NCBI GenBank assembly: GCA_051744565.1
Contig: JBNJDC010000001.1
Coordinates: forward strand, 1 to 36,078
DNA: 36,078 nt
Source: a bacterium
GTDB lineage: Bacteria; T1Sed10-126
Reading direction: 5' to 3'
Below, one piece after another: positions 9,634 to 18,786 of the stretch. Under the pieces are notes generated by a model. It was not told the origin of the DNA. It searched no databases and saw only the letters and a list, made by a program, of their open reading frames with translations. Position 1 is the first letter of the stretch; each line of letters opens with the position of its first letter. The position numbers and the translations under genes are program-made.

Positions 9634-10802
9634 GAAACTGATTTAGCAGTAGATTCCTTGATAAATTCTTCCATCCGCTCGAGCGCCTCCTGCAGCAGTT
9701 CGTAATCAGTGGCATAGGAGAGACGAATATGATTTTCACCACCGGGCCCAAAAGCTTTACCGGGAACAACCGCCACCTTCTTTTCTTCCAGTAATTTGCG
9801 ACAGAATTCTTCAGGTTTTTGACCGGTGCTTTCTATCGAGGGAAAGGCATAGAAGGCGCCGGCCGGCTGCGGACAATCAAGTCCTATTTCATTCAGTCTT
9901 TGAACAACCAGGTCCCGTCTTTTTTCGTATTCATCGCGCATCGAATGGATTGAGCTTTCTCCGGCAAGGACAGCTTCAATTGCAGCAAATTGGGAGGTGG
10001 TTGGTGCACACAGCATCGTGTACTGATGGATTTTATTCATTGCGGAAATAATAGGTTCAGGCCCGCCGGCATAGGCAATTCTCATCCCGGTCATCGCACA
10101 GTTTTTGGAAAACCCATTTAAATAAACAGTTCTTTCTTTCATCCCCTCGAGAGTGGGAAATGGTATGTGGACACTGCCGTAAGTCAGGTGGCTGTAAATT
10201 TCATCCGTAATTACCAGCAGATCCTCCCGGCGAACAATTTCAGCAATTTTTTCCAGTTCATTTCGCGTGTAGGTGACACCGGTAGGGTTGCAGGGGTAAT
10301 TTAGCGCTAATATTTTTGTATTTTCGTTAATTAAATCCTCCAGGCGGGAGGGATTAATTTTAAAATTACCATTTTTGGAAGTGTTTAAAAAACGAGGTCG
10401 CCCGCCTGGCATCATTACGGTTGGCTTATAAGAAACATAACAGGGCGAGGGAATTATAACTTCGTCCCCGGGATTTAGCAGAGCTCTCATTGCCAGGTCC
10501 ATTCCCTCGCTGACCCCGGTGGTGATCAGCAATTCTTCACCCGCATCATATTTTATTTTATGTTTTTCCTCCAGGTGGTTGGCCAGTAATTTGCGCAGCC
10601 GGGGCATCCCCTGGTTGGAAGTATAATTTGTATAGCCGTCCTCAAGAGATTTAATCGCAGCTTCCCTGATGTGCCAGGGAGTGGCAAAATCAGGTTCGCC
10701 AACTCCCAGCGATATGACGTCGTCCATCCCCATGACCAGGTCAAAAAATTCACGGATTCCGGACGGTTCAAGATCCCGGACAACTCGGGATAATCTGCTC
10801 AT
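9630..10802 (-). CDS. Class I/II pyridoxal-phosphate-dependent aminotransferase (aspartate/aromatic type)
   Basis: The protein is 390 aa. It has LSLGVGEPDF, NYPCNPTG, and the PLP-lysine motif FSKNCAMTGMRIAY. Its start overlaps the asnC stop (ATGA). Confidence 0.9.
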   Translation of the reverse strand: MSRLSRVVRDLEPSGIREFFDLVMGMDDVISLGVGEPDFATPWHIREAAIKSLEDGYTNYTSNQGMPRLRKLLANHLEEKHKIKYDAGEELLITTGVSEGMDLAMRALLNPGDEVIIPSPCYVSYKPTVMMPGGRPRFLNTSKNGNFKINPSRLEDLINENTKILALNYPCNPTGVTYTRNELEKIAEIVRREDLLVITDEIYSHLTYGSVHIPFPTLEGMKERTVYLNGFSKNCAMTGMRIAYAGGPEPIISAMNKIHQYTMLCAPTTSQFAAIEAVLAGESSIHSMRDEYEKRRDLVVQRLNEIGLDCPQPAGAFYAFPSIESTGQKPEEFCRKLLEEKKVAVVPGKAFGPGGENHIRLSYATDYELLQEALERMEEFIKESTAKSVS

Positions 10803-11284
10803 GGGGAGATGCTCAACCGGTGGTCATCGGCGGGTTCATCAAATCGAAAACCGTTTTCTTTGTAAGTTTTTAACATGAAATGGGAAACGGTCTTATGGAC
10901 ATTACTGTTGGGCGCCAGTTGGTGGGAAACAAATTCCGCCACGCTCTGCAGGTCACGTGCTTCCACCCGGACAAGCAAATCATAGTCGCCCGAACAGAGG
11001 TGACAGGAAGTTACTTCGGGGTGGTCATATATTTCCCGGGCTATCTCATCAAAACCGGTGTCCGGCTGGGGGGAAATGGTGACTTCGATTAACCCGACCA
11101 CCGGTACTTCAGAATCCTGTATTTTCTGCCTGTTAATTATAGTGCGATAGCCCTGGATAACACCATTTTTTTCGTATTGTTTGACTTTGTTTTTGACTTC
11201 TTCCACCGACAGATCCAGTGTTTCAGCCAGATCTTCGGGCCGGGCCCGGCCGTTAACTTCAAGTAGTTTTAATAATTTATCCAT
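10799..11284 (-). CDS. Lrp/AsnC family transcriptional regulator
   Basis: It has an N-terminal HTH (LLKLLEVNGRARPEDLAETLDLSVEEVKNKVKQYEKNGVIQGY) and a C-terminal RAM/AsnC_trans_reg domain. Confidence 0.85.
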   Translation of the reverse strand: MDKLLKLLEVNGRARPEDLAETLDLSVEEVKNKVKQYEKNGVIQGYRTIINRQKIQDSEVPVVGLIEVTISPQPDTGFDEIAREIYDHPEVTSCHLCSGDYDLLVRVEARDLQSVAEFVSHQLAPNSNVHKTVSHFMLKTYKENGFRFDEPADDHRLSISP

Positions 11285-11297
11285 AATTAATAACCTC

Positions 11298-11852
11298 CTA
11301 ATTATTTACAGCTTCATCCTTTAAAGTGGCAATATAGGGTAGGTGTCGCCATTGCTGGGCGTAATCCAGTCCATAGCCGACCAGGAATTTATCCGGAACC
11401 TCAAAACCGACGTAGTCCGCCTCCACTTCCACCTCGCGCCGGTAGGGTTTGTCCAGTAGAACACAGGTGGAGAGACTGGCCGGATTTCTTGCCTTCAGAT
11501 ATCCGAGCAGGTAGTTGAGGGTGAGCCCGGAATCCACTATATCCTCCACAAGCAGAACGTGGCGATTTTCAATATCTTCGTTTAAATCTTTCAGCACGCG
11601 AACCACGCCGCTGGTTACAGAAGATTTACCGTAACTTCCCACGGCTAAAAAATCAATTTCAACAGGTATTTTTAATTGGCGCATCAGGTCACTGATAAAT
11701 ATGACACAACCGCGCAGGACTCCAATCAGCAGGGGCTTTCGACCGCTGTAATCAGCAGTTATGGTTTCCCCGAGTTCGGAAACTTTAGCCTGTATTTCAT
11801 CTTCGGTAAACAACACTTTTTCAAACTCATCCTGAAATTCCATTTCTGACAC
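11298..11852 (-). CDS. hpt: Hypoxanthine(-guanine) phosphoribosyltransferase
   Basis: The PRPP-binding motif is VLLVEDIVDSGLTL, with a C-terminal FVVGYGLDY-type motif (FLVGYGLDYAQQWR). The start is GTG 11852 or ATG 11843. Confidence 0.9.
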   Translation of the reverse strand: MSEMEFQDEFEKVLFTEDEIQAKVSELGETITADYSGRKPLLIGVLRGCVIFISDLMRQLKIPVEIDFLAVGSYGKSSVTSGVVRVLKDLNEDIENRHVLLVEDIVDSGLTLNYLLGYLKARNPASLSTCVLLDKPYRREVEVEADYVGFEVPDKFLVGYGLDYAQQWRHLPYIATLKDEAVNN

Positions 11853-11875
11853 CTGTCTTTAAAATATTTTATAAA

Positions 11876-12220
11876 TTAAGCAGACACTCGCGGGGCGTCG
11901 GCCCATAATTCTTCCAGGTTGTAATACTGTCGTTTTTCTTCGTTGAACAGGTGAATTATCACTTCTTCGTAATCCGCCAGCAGCCAGCCCTGTTCGGCTT
12001 CCCCCTCCAGGTGTTCGGGAGTGCGGTTACCACTTTTTTTTAATTGTTTTTTTAATTCCTGCCGTAAGAATTTTAAATGCGGTCGGGATTGGCCGGTCGC
12101 AATTACAAAAAAATCAGTTATACCCAGCTGTTCATTTACATTTAAAATTAAAACTTCCTCCGCTTTGTTATCCCTGAGGATTTCAGCGGCAAGTTGAGCC
12201 AGTTCAAGTCCGTTATGCAA
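11876..12220 (-). CDS. rsfS: Ribosome silencing factor RsfS (iojap family)
   Basis: The protein is 114 aa. It has ILRDNKAEEVLILNV...TDFFVIATGQSRPHL...GWLLADYEEVIIHLF. The TTG start lies 7 nt after a GGAGG SD. Confidence 0.9.
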   Translation of the reverse strand: MHNGLELAQLAAEILRDNKAEEVLILNVNEQLGITDFFVIATGQSRPHLKFLRQELKKQLKKSGNRTPEHLEGEAEQGWLLADYEEVIIHLFNEEKRQYYNLEELWADAPRVSA

Positions 12221-12284
12221 GTAGAAACCTCCAGTGAAAAATAATTATAAACCTGATGTACAGTATATCAATTTTTTATAAAAT

Positions 12285-13424
12285 TCATAAATTCTCATTA
12301 ATATTTGGAATTTCGACTAAATCTTCGCCTATAATAAAGGTTACATCAACCAGCAACTCCGCTGATGGATCAATCTCCAGGCTTCCTTTCCCCAGCAGCT
12401 GTTTGAGGCGCCAGGCCGATTGTGGTTGATTGCTGCGGTCTATAAATCGGCTTTCCTGGTAATTATAACGATCGGCGTTCCCTATTTCCACAACATCAAC
12501 AAATTCCAGTGGTTGAAGCTTTTGCCGGTATTTGGAAGCCATCCCTGATTTACTTGTTCCGTTAAGTATTTGAATTTTAATCACGTCCTGGCGGGAGGAG
12601 GAATCAATTATTTTTTTCACCGGCGGGGGAAGCATATTTACTACTCTTTCCGTTTCAAGCTGGTTTTCATTATCGGTAATAAGAGCTGTCAGAAATTTTA
12701 TTTTTTCTTTTTCAAGTTTTGCTATCAGGCGGAGCAGCAGGTTAAATTCGTCCGGGGAGAGATTGGTTTTAAGCTGGTTGTAAACGGCCTGGATGACTTG
12801 CTTCTTATCTAACAGGTTGGGATTATTTTTGAGGCGGTTAATAATTCCCAGTAGCACCGTTTTATGCCGGTAACGCAAACCGTCGATTCCCTGGTTATCA
12901 TAAGCATTAGCAGCAAAATCTTGCGTGAGCGCACCATCCAGCCAGCGGCGCGGGGGAGCGGATAAATTGTCCGGTATTTTTTCAAAAGGTATTGAAATTC
13001 CGCCCATTAAGTCTACTATCTGTTCGAGCTGATTGTTGGCAGTGGTAACGTGAAATGAAAGCTTTAGATTGAAAATATCTTCCAGTTCAGTTAAAAACCC
13101 ACGTTCTGAAAGATCGCTGTACAGGTGGCCAAGGTCCGTTTCCCGGCCGAGCGTGGGAGACATAACGGTTGCTTCTGGCGGAAGATAAATCCAGCTGTTG
13201 CGCTGGGTAATAGGTTCATAACCAACCAGGTAAAATAATACCGGCTTATCCTGTTGTTTATGGACCAGGACACCTTTTATTCGCCGCCGGGAAGTAAGCA
13301 GTCGGGACAGATTAATTCCGGGTTGGGCGACATCATTTTTCTCCGGTGGGAACCAGAAAAAAACCAGGGAACCGGTAATTAGAATAAACGTCAGACTGAA
13401 AACAATTGTAGTGGTTAATCGCAT
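12285..13424 (-). CDS. LytR_C domain protein, LCP (LytR-CpsA-Psr)-like, membrane anchored
   Basis: It has an N-terminal TM. The central LEQIVDLMGGISIP resembles LCP. The C-terminal IKIQILNGTSKSGMASKYRQKL...IGNADRYNYQESRFI matches the LytR_C pattern. The canonical LCP catalytic motifs are not obvious. Confidence 0.55.
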   Translation of the reverse strand: MRLTTTIVFSLTFILITGSLVFFWFPPEKNDVAQPGINLSRLLTSRRRIKGVLVHKQQDKPVLFYLVGYEPITQRNSWIYLPPEATVMSPTLGRETDLGHLYSDLSERGFLTELEDIFNLKLSFHVTTANNQLEQIVDLMGGISIPFEKIPDNLSAPPRRWLDGALTQDFAANAYDNQGIDGLRYRHKTVLLGIINRLKNNPNLLDKKQVIQAVYNQLKTNLSPDEFNLLLRLIAKLEKEKIKFLTALITDNENQLETERVVNMLPPPVKKIIDSSSRQDVIKIQILNGTSKSGMASKYRQKLQPLEFVDVVEIGNADRYNYQESRFIDRSNQPQSAWRLKQLLGKGSLEIDPSAELLVDVTFIIGEDLVEIPNINENL

Positions 13425-14008
13425 AACGAATTATAGGCCTCAATTGAGTTCGGGTGAAGCTTGGAACTTTTGTGCAGACAGAAAATAATTTTATTTTTAA
13501 ATACTGCGCGTGTTAGTCTGTTAAAACTCCAGCTGCCGATTTTATTTCGTAATTTTTGAGCTTCGGAGAAGTCCCGTAATTTTTCGGAAAAATCGGCTAC
13601 AACCAGTCCTTTTAACACTCGCCCGGGATTTTTCACTCCGGTTGAATGGTTGGCTACTACCTGTACTATTTTATCGTCCGGGGAAAAATTCAGTTCTTCG
13701 ACCAGCAACTGCGCCCCGGCTGGACCATGCCAAAGAGAAGGGACATTTTTTTCTATTTTGTCCAGTGAACCCCGGAATTTTTCCGCCAGCTCCTGCTGGC
13801 GGGCGGAGGATAACTCCCGCGCACAATCATGAAAAAGTACAGCTAGATAAAGTTCATCTTTAATTTCTTCAAGCGGCTGATAGCAAGTTAGTAATTTTTT
13901 AATTATATCCAGGGTGGACTGGGTGTGTTTTTTCCTTTCGTTCAGGTATTTTCGGACAAAGTTTAACTGTTGTTCGGAAATCTGGATTGGTATATCTTTA
14001 ATTTTCAA
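13415..14008 (-). CDS. yqeK: HD-domain bis(5'-nucleosyl)-tetraphosphatase, YqeK family
   Basis: It has HT..., the LAVLFHDCARE HD motif, LWHGPAGA and ANHSTG. It follows nadD, which is the conserved pairing. I chose TTG 14008, which overlaps nadD by 11 nt. The longer track ORF to 14134 runs deep into nadD. Confidence 0.75.
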   Translation of the reverse strand: MKIKDIPIQISEQQLNFVRKYLNERKKHTQSTLDIIKKLLTCYQPLEEIKDELYLAVLFHDCARELSSARQQELAEKFRGSLDKIEKNVPSLWHGPAGAQLLVEELNFSPDDKIVQVVANHSTGVKNPGRVLKGLVVADFSEKLRDFSEAQKLRNKIGSWSFNRLTRAVFKNKIIFCLHKSSKLHPNSIEAYNSLCD

Positions 14009-14612
14009 TGTATAAGTTGTGCTTGAGAATAAATTGGCGAACTTTTTCCGGTAGCCGGTAGCGAATTGATTCACCATTTTTGCATTTACGACGTATTTCG
14101 GAGCTGGAAATTTCCAGCTCGGGAATATCCACAATCCGGCATTTTTTGCGGATTATTTCATCTATATTTTGAATATCAAATCCCGGTCTTTTCATTCCCA
14201 CTACGGTGGCTAGGTGAAGTAAATCGTTCCAGCGCTCCCAGGTGTCAAATTCAGCCAGCTCATCGGTTCCGACAAGTAAAAAAAGTTTCAGCTCCGGTTT
14301 ATTTTGGAGCAATTTTTCAACAGTTTCTACGGTGTAAGACTTTGTATTATCGTTGATTTCAAGCTCACAAACTTCAAAAAGGGGGTTATTAGCCACGGCC
14401 CTCCGGGTCATTTCCAGGCGTATTTTGGCTGGCACTTCTGGCCTGGATCGATGGGGTGGATTTGCCGTGGGAACGAATAATACCTGCTCAAGCTCGAGTT
14501 TTTCAGCTATCTGCTGAACACTCAGTAGATGTCCAAAATGAATAGGATTGAACATCCCACCGAAGAAACCCGTTTTCGGGCCGCAGTCAGGTTCGGATTT
14601 GACCCTGGCCAT
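13998..14612 (-). CDS. nadD: Nicotinate-nucleotide adenylyltransferase
   Basis: It has FGGMFNPIHFGHL (the (H/T)xGH motif) and ISSSEIR (the ISSTxxR motif). I chose ATG 14612. The track ORF start at 14720 lies well inside proA. Confidence 0.9.
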   Translation of the reverse strand: MARVKSEPDCGPKTGFFGGMFNPIHFGHLLSVQQIAEKLELEQVLFVPTANPPHRSRPEVPAKIRLEMTRRAVANNPLFEVCELEINDNTKSYTVETVEKLLQNKPELKLFLLVGTDELAEFDTWERWNDLLHLATVVGMKRPGFDIQNIDEIIRKKCRIVDIPELEISSSEIRRKCKNGESIRYRLPEKVRQFILKHNLYIEN

Positions 14613-15855
14613 AAATAACATACTTTGGAATGGTAAGTTCACGCAGTCCCATCGGGCCCCGGGCGTGCAGCCTTTCGGTGCTGATACCGATTTCCGCCCC
14701 CAGTCCGAATTCATACCCATCCGTGAACCGTGTTGAAGCGTTTACATAGACGGCGGCGGAATCAATTTCATTCAAAAATTGTTCAGCTTCCGAGTAATTT
14801 TCGGTAACTATTGCATCGGAATGATTGGAAGCATGACGGTTGATATGGTCAATGGCTTCGTTCGATCCCTCGACACTTTTTACACTTAAAATTAAATCCA
14901 GGTATTCCTCGTCCCAGTCTTCAGGGGAAGCTTCTACAGCTTCCAGCGGTGTATCCTCCAGCAGGTCGAGAAGATAAGAATCACAGCGCAGCTCGACGTT
15001 TTCCTCCGCCAGGTCCGCTAAAATTTTCTTGACCCATTCGTCGGGCATTTGACGGTCCAGGACGAGAGTTTCCATCGCGTTGCAGACGGCTGGACGCTGA
15101 GTTTTAGCATTAATACTGATTTTTCGGGCCATTTCCAGGTCAGCGTTGTTGGAAATGTATACGTGACAGACCCCTTTATAATGTTTAATTACCGGCATTT
15201 TAGACTTTTCCGAAACCATTTCAATTAAACCCTCTCCCCCCCGGGGAATAATTACATCGATATAGTCGTCAAGGGCAAGCATTTCATCCACAAGTGCATG
15301 GTCCTGGTTGCGGAGAATTTGAACACAGTTGTCGGGCAGATGGTCCCGGATAGCTTCCTGGATTAGATCAATCAGCAGGTAGTTAGAATGTTTGGCTTCG
15401 GAGCCTCCCCTGAGTAGAGTACAGTTGCCCGATTTCAGGCAGAGAACTGCAGCATCGACGGTAACATTAGGCCGGGATTCATAAATTATTCCAATGACAC
15501 CCAGCGGTACCCGCTGTCTGCCAATTTTTAGATCGTTGGGTCTTTTTTTCATTTCTATTATTTCCCCCACCGGATCTTCCAGCTGTTGAACCTGGCGGAC
15601 CCCGTCAATCATGCCGTCAATGCGGGCTTCGGTAAGTTTTAGTCTGTCCAGCAGTGCTTCGGATAGCCCGCTGTCTCTTCCGGTTTTAAGATCTTTCTGG
15701 TTCGCTTTTTTAATTTCTTCCCGATGATTGTCCAGGTTTTCAGCGATAGCTTTTAGAGCCAGGTTTTTATCCTCGGTTGAAACTGATGCCAGCCCCCGGG
15801 AGGCTTCTTTGGCCCGGCTGGCTAAACTTTCTACGCCTGAAACTTCATTTTTCAT
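14587..15855 (-). CDS. proA: Gamma-glutamyl phosphate reductase
   Basis: The protein is 422 aa of the aldehyde dehydrogenase fold. It has GVIGIIYESRPNVT, the catalytic-Cys region QRPAVCNAMETLV, and NASTRFTDGYEFGLGAEIGIST. Confidence 0.95.
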   Translation of the reverse strand: MKNEVSGVESLASRAKEASRGLASVSTEDKNLALKAIAENLDNHREEIKKANQKDLKTGRDSGLSEALLDRLKLTEARIDGMIDGVRQVQQLEDPVGEIIEMKKRPNDLKIGRQRVPLGVIGIIYESRPNVTVDAAVLCLKSGNCTLLRGGSEAKHSNYLLIDLIQEAIRDHLPDNCVQILRNQDHALVDEMLALDDYIDVIIPRGGEGLIEMVSEKSKMPVIKHYKGVCHVYISNNADLEMARKISINAKTQRPAVCNAMETLVLDRQMPDEWVKKILADLAEENVELRCDSYLLDLLEDTPLEAVEASPEDWDEEYLDLILSVKSVEGSNEAIDHINRHASNHSDAIVTENYSEAEQFLNEIDSAAVYVNASTRFTDGYEFGLGAEIGISTERLHARGPMGLRELTIPKYVIYGQGQIRT

Positions 15856-16969
15856 CTGGAAACACCACCATGTTGTCTCGATGTATTATTTCGTCAAAAT
15901 AATGATGTCCAAGGATATCAGAAATTTCATCAGTTTGACATCCTTTTAAATCGTTGACTTCCTGTCGGTTATAGTTGGTTAAACCCCGGGCAAATTCTTC
16001 CTCGCCGGGAGTTAAAATTTTCACCGCGTCACCCCGCTCAAATTGCCCGTCGGATTGCATAACGCCGGAAGGTAGAAGACTTGTGCCTCCCTCTTTTATT
16101 GCCTGGACAGCTCCGGCGTCCACCTGGATATACCCCTTGGGCAGCAGGTGGTAGCCAATCCAGCGTTTTCTGCCTTTTATAGCTTCAGCCCCTTTGCGGG
16201 GAACAAATAGTGTCCCTACCTCTTGACCGTCAATAATTTTTTCCAGGACATTTTTTTCTTTTCCGGCGGCAATTACCAGCGGTGTTCCGGAATTGGTTAA
16301 AGTTTCCGCCGCCTGGATTTTAGTAATCATTCCGCCCACCGTTGTACTGTCCCGGTCGGCGGGCCCGGCTATATCCCGGATATTTTCATCAATTTCATCT
16401 ACTTTGCGAATAGGGCGGTCGTGTTTTTCCGGATCCCCGGGGTAAAGCCCCCGAACATCACTGAGAATGACCAATAAATCGGCGTCAACAAGGGTGGAAA
16501 CCAGGACGGATAGTGTATCGTTGTCTCCGAATTGTATTTCGTCGGTGGCTACCGTGTCGTTTTCATTGATTATGGGGACAACTCTCATCTCCAGCAGTTT
16601 ATTCATGGTATTGGAGGCGTTTAGATAAGTTTGCCGGTTGTGAATACCTTCCCGGGTAAGCAAAACCTGGGCGGTGTTCAGGTTGTAACGGTTAAATTGT
16701 TCCTGGTAGTATTTCATTAATACCGGCTGGCCGGCGGCGGCGGTTGCCTGTTTTTCGGGGAGTGTCTCGGGAGCGTTTGACTTATTCAAAACCTGCAAGC
16801 CAAAAAATATAGCGCCGGAACTGACAATAACTATCTCCTTGTCCTGCTCCATTAAGTCGTTAACCTGGCGGATAAGCTTATCAACGTAGTTGCGGTAATC
16901 TTTATCCAGCAGGGAGGAGCCTATTTTTATGACAATCCGGTTGGCCTGTTTCAGTTCTGATCGATTCAT
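15845..16969 (-). CDS. proB: Glutamate 5-kinase (with C-terminal PUA domain)
   Basis: It has VIKIGSS, VVSSGAI, FGDNDTLS, and a PUA-like C-terminus (GYIQVDAGAVQAIKEGGTSLLPSGV). It overlaps proA by 11 nt and obg by 4 nt. Confidence 0.95.
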   Translation of the reverse strand: MNRSELKQANRIVIKIGSSLLDKDYRNYVDKLIRQVNDLMEQDKEIVIVSSGAIFFGLQVLNKSNAPETLPEKQATAAAGQPVLMKYYQEQFNRYNLNTAQVLLTREGIHNRQTYLNASNTMNKLLEMRVVPIINENDTVATDEIQFGDNDTLSVLVSTLVDADLLVILSDVRGLYPGDPEKHDRPIRKVDEIDENIRDIAGPADRDSTTVGGMITKIQAAETLTNSGTPLVIAAGKEKNVLEKIIDGQEVGTLFVPRKGAEAIKGRKRWIGYHLLPKGYIQVDAGAVQAIKEGGTSLLPSGVMQSDGQFERGDAVKILTPGEEEFARGLTNYNRQEVNDLKGCQTDEISDILGHHYFDEIIHRDNMVVFPDEK

Positions 16970-18237
16970 CCCGTGTAGTTAAACTCCTGTCTGCCGACCT
17001 GGACAGTATCGCCCGGTTTGCAGCCGGCTTTTTCCAATTTTTTGTGCAGACCCATCTCCAGCAGGCGCATCCGAACATAGCTCAGAGCGTCCGGATTTGT
17101 CAAATCAAATCTTTCCAGCAGATTAACAACCCTGTCTCCACTGAGTAAAAATCTATCGCCTTTTTTCTGGACCTTGATGGGATCTTTCTGTTCCATCCTC
17201 ACGACCCGCTCGGAACGATTTTCGCTTTTTGCTTCAGATTCTTTCTGGCTCAGTTCGTATTGTTCCCAGATCTTATCCTCCAGTTGTTCAAGGTTTTGTC
17301 CTTCCCGGGCTGATACAGGGATTACCGGTCCGGGAGCGGGGGATATTTCTTCCACAAATAAATCAACCAGTTCTTCCTCGACGAGATCTATTTTGTTTAC
17401 GGCGATTAATGTTGGTTTATTAAGCAAGCCTGGATTATAAGCCTCCAGTTCCTTACGGATTATTTTGTAATCCTGCAGGGGAGTGGTCCCTGAAATATCT
17501 ATTATATGAAGCAAAAGCTCCGTCCTGTCAATATGTTTTAAAAATTGGATACCAAGTCCCGCTCCCCGGTGAGCTTCTTCAATCAGTCCGGGTATGTCAC
17601 AGATCGTTAAACGTTTGTGGTTGTGAAACAACACGCCAAGATTTGGTTTCTTGGTTGTAAACGGATGACTGGCGATTTCCGGATGGGCTCCCGTGATGCT
17701 GGCCAGCAGGGTAGATTTACCAGCATTGGGTAGACCGACCAGCCCCACCTCGGCCAGCAGTTTTAATTCCATTCGCAGGGGGACTTTTTCTCCGGCTTCT
17801 CCAAACTCATGAAACCGGGGTTTCTGGCGTTTGCTGGAAGCAAAACTGCTGTTTCCGCGGCCGCCATCACCACCCTGGGCGACAATTTTTGTATCGTTTG
17901 CTTCGGTTAAATCAGCTATTTTTTCGCCTGTATTGTTGTTATAGATAACGGTGCCCACGGGAACCTCTATAACCTTATCATCCCCCGCCGCACCTTTTTT
18001 ATTTCCCGGCCCGCCGGGTTTTCCATTTTCAGCCTGCAGATTTTCCTGGTGGTTGAATTCAGCCAGAGTGGTTAGAGAGTTGGAGGCTTTTATAATTACG
18101 TCCCCACCGGGACCACCGTTGCCACCATCCGGTCCTCCATGGGGTTGATAGGGCTGGCTTTCAAAAGATGTACAGCCATCGCCGCCATCGCCGCCACAGG
18201 CTGTTAATTGGACTTCATCAATAAATGGCCGGGCCAT
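16966..18237 (-). CDS. obg: GTPase Obg/CgtA (with C-terminal OCT domain)
   Basis: It has a Gly-rich Obg fold (GGDGGDG...GGPDGGNGGPGGDV), G1 (GLPNAGKST), G3 (DIPGLIE) and G4 (NKID). The C-terminal DRFLLSGDRVVNLLERFDL...GDTVQVGRQEFNY is OCT-type. Confidence 0.95.
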   Translation of the reverse strand: MARPFIDEVQLTACGGDGGDGCTSFESQPYQPHGGPDGGNGGPGGDVIIKASNSLTTLAEFNHQENLQAENGKPGGPGNKKGAAGDDKVIEVPVGTVIYNNNTGEKIADLTEANDTKIVAQGGDGGRGNSSFASSKRQKPRFHEFGEAGEKVPLRMELKLLAEVGLVGLPNAGKSTLLASITGAHPEIASHPFTTKKPNLGVLFHNHKRLTICDIPGLIEEAHRGAGLGIQFLKHIDRTELLLHIIDISGTTPLQDYKIIRKELEAYNPGLLNKPTLIAVNKIDLVEEELVDLFVEEISPAPGPVIPVSAREGQNLEQLEDKIWEQYELSQKESEAKSENRSERVVRMEQKDPIKVQKKGDRFLLSGDRVVNLLERFDLTNPDALSYVRMRLLEMGLHKKLEKAGCKPGDTVQVGRQEFNYTG

Positions 18238-18287
18238 GGTAAATTACACCCCGTAGCGGGTTAAAGGAAAGAATTTAGAAAAGAAAC

Positions 18288-18608
18288 TTAAACTGGAGCG
18301 CCTGCGGTGGAATCAGCCGAATCCGGGGCAAAATCGTCCAGGTGTTGCATGTTTTCTTCGGTTAGAACGTTGACGTATTTCCTGTCCGAGCCCCGGCGGT
18401 TAAAAACCACGTAGCCGTCGGCTTTGGCAAAAAGAGTGTCATCTTTTCCTTTTCCGACGTTGAATCCGGGATGGTATTTTGTTCCGCGCTGGCGGACCAG
18501 AATATTCCCGTTTTTTACAAGTTGCCCTTCGAAACGTTTTACACCAAGACGGTTTGATTCACTATCTCTTCCATTTCGTGTTGCACCCTGGCTCATTTTT
18601 GTGGCCAT
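18288..18608 (-). CDS. rpmA: 50S ribosomal protein L27 (no N-terminal propeptide; acidic C-terminal tail)
   Basis: It has [29 protein letters not shown]...[31 protein letters not shown] lies 5 nt upstream. An in-frame TGA lies 4 codons upstream of the ATG. Confidence 0.95.
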   Translation of the reverse strand: MATKMSQGATRNGRDSESNRLGVKRFEGQLVKNGNILVRQRGTKYHPGFNVGKGKDDTLFAKADGYVVFNRRGSDRKYVNVLTEENMQHLDDFAPDSADSTAGAPV

Positions 18609-18786
18609 TGTATTTCCTCCTCAAAATCAATTCAAAATTTTTATTCAATTGAAAACAGACACCATAATATTTTAACAGTCAACTAAGAAATAAGCAATTC
18701 AAAAGCTAAAGAACGGAATTATTGCCTAACCGGCCAGTGTTTCCCGGTTCCAACTGGAAAAATTCTGACTAAGACAGACGAATGAG

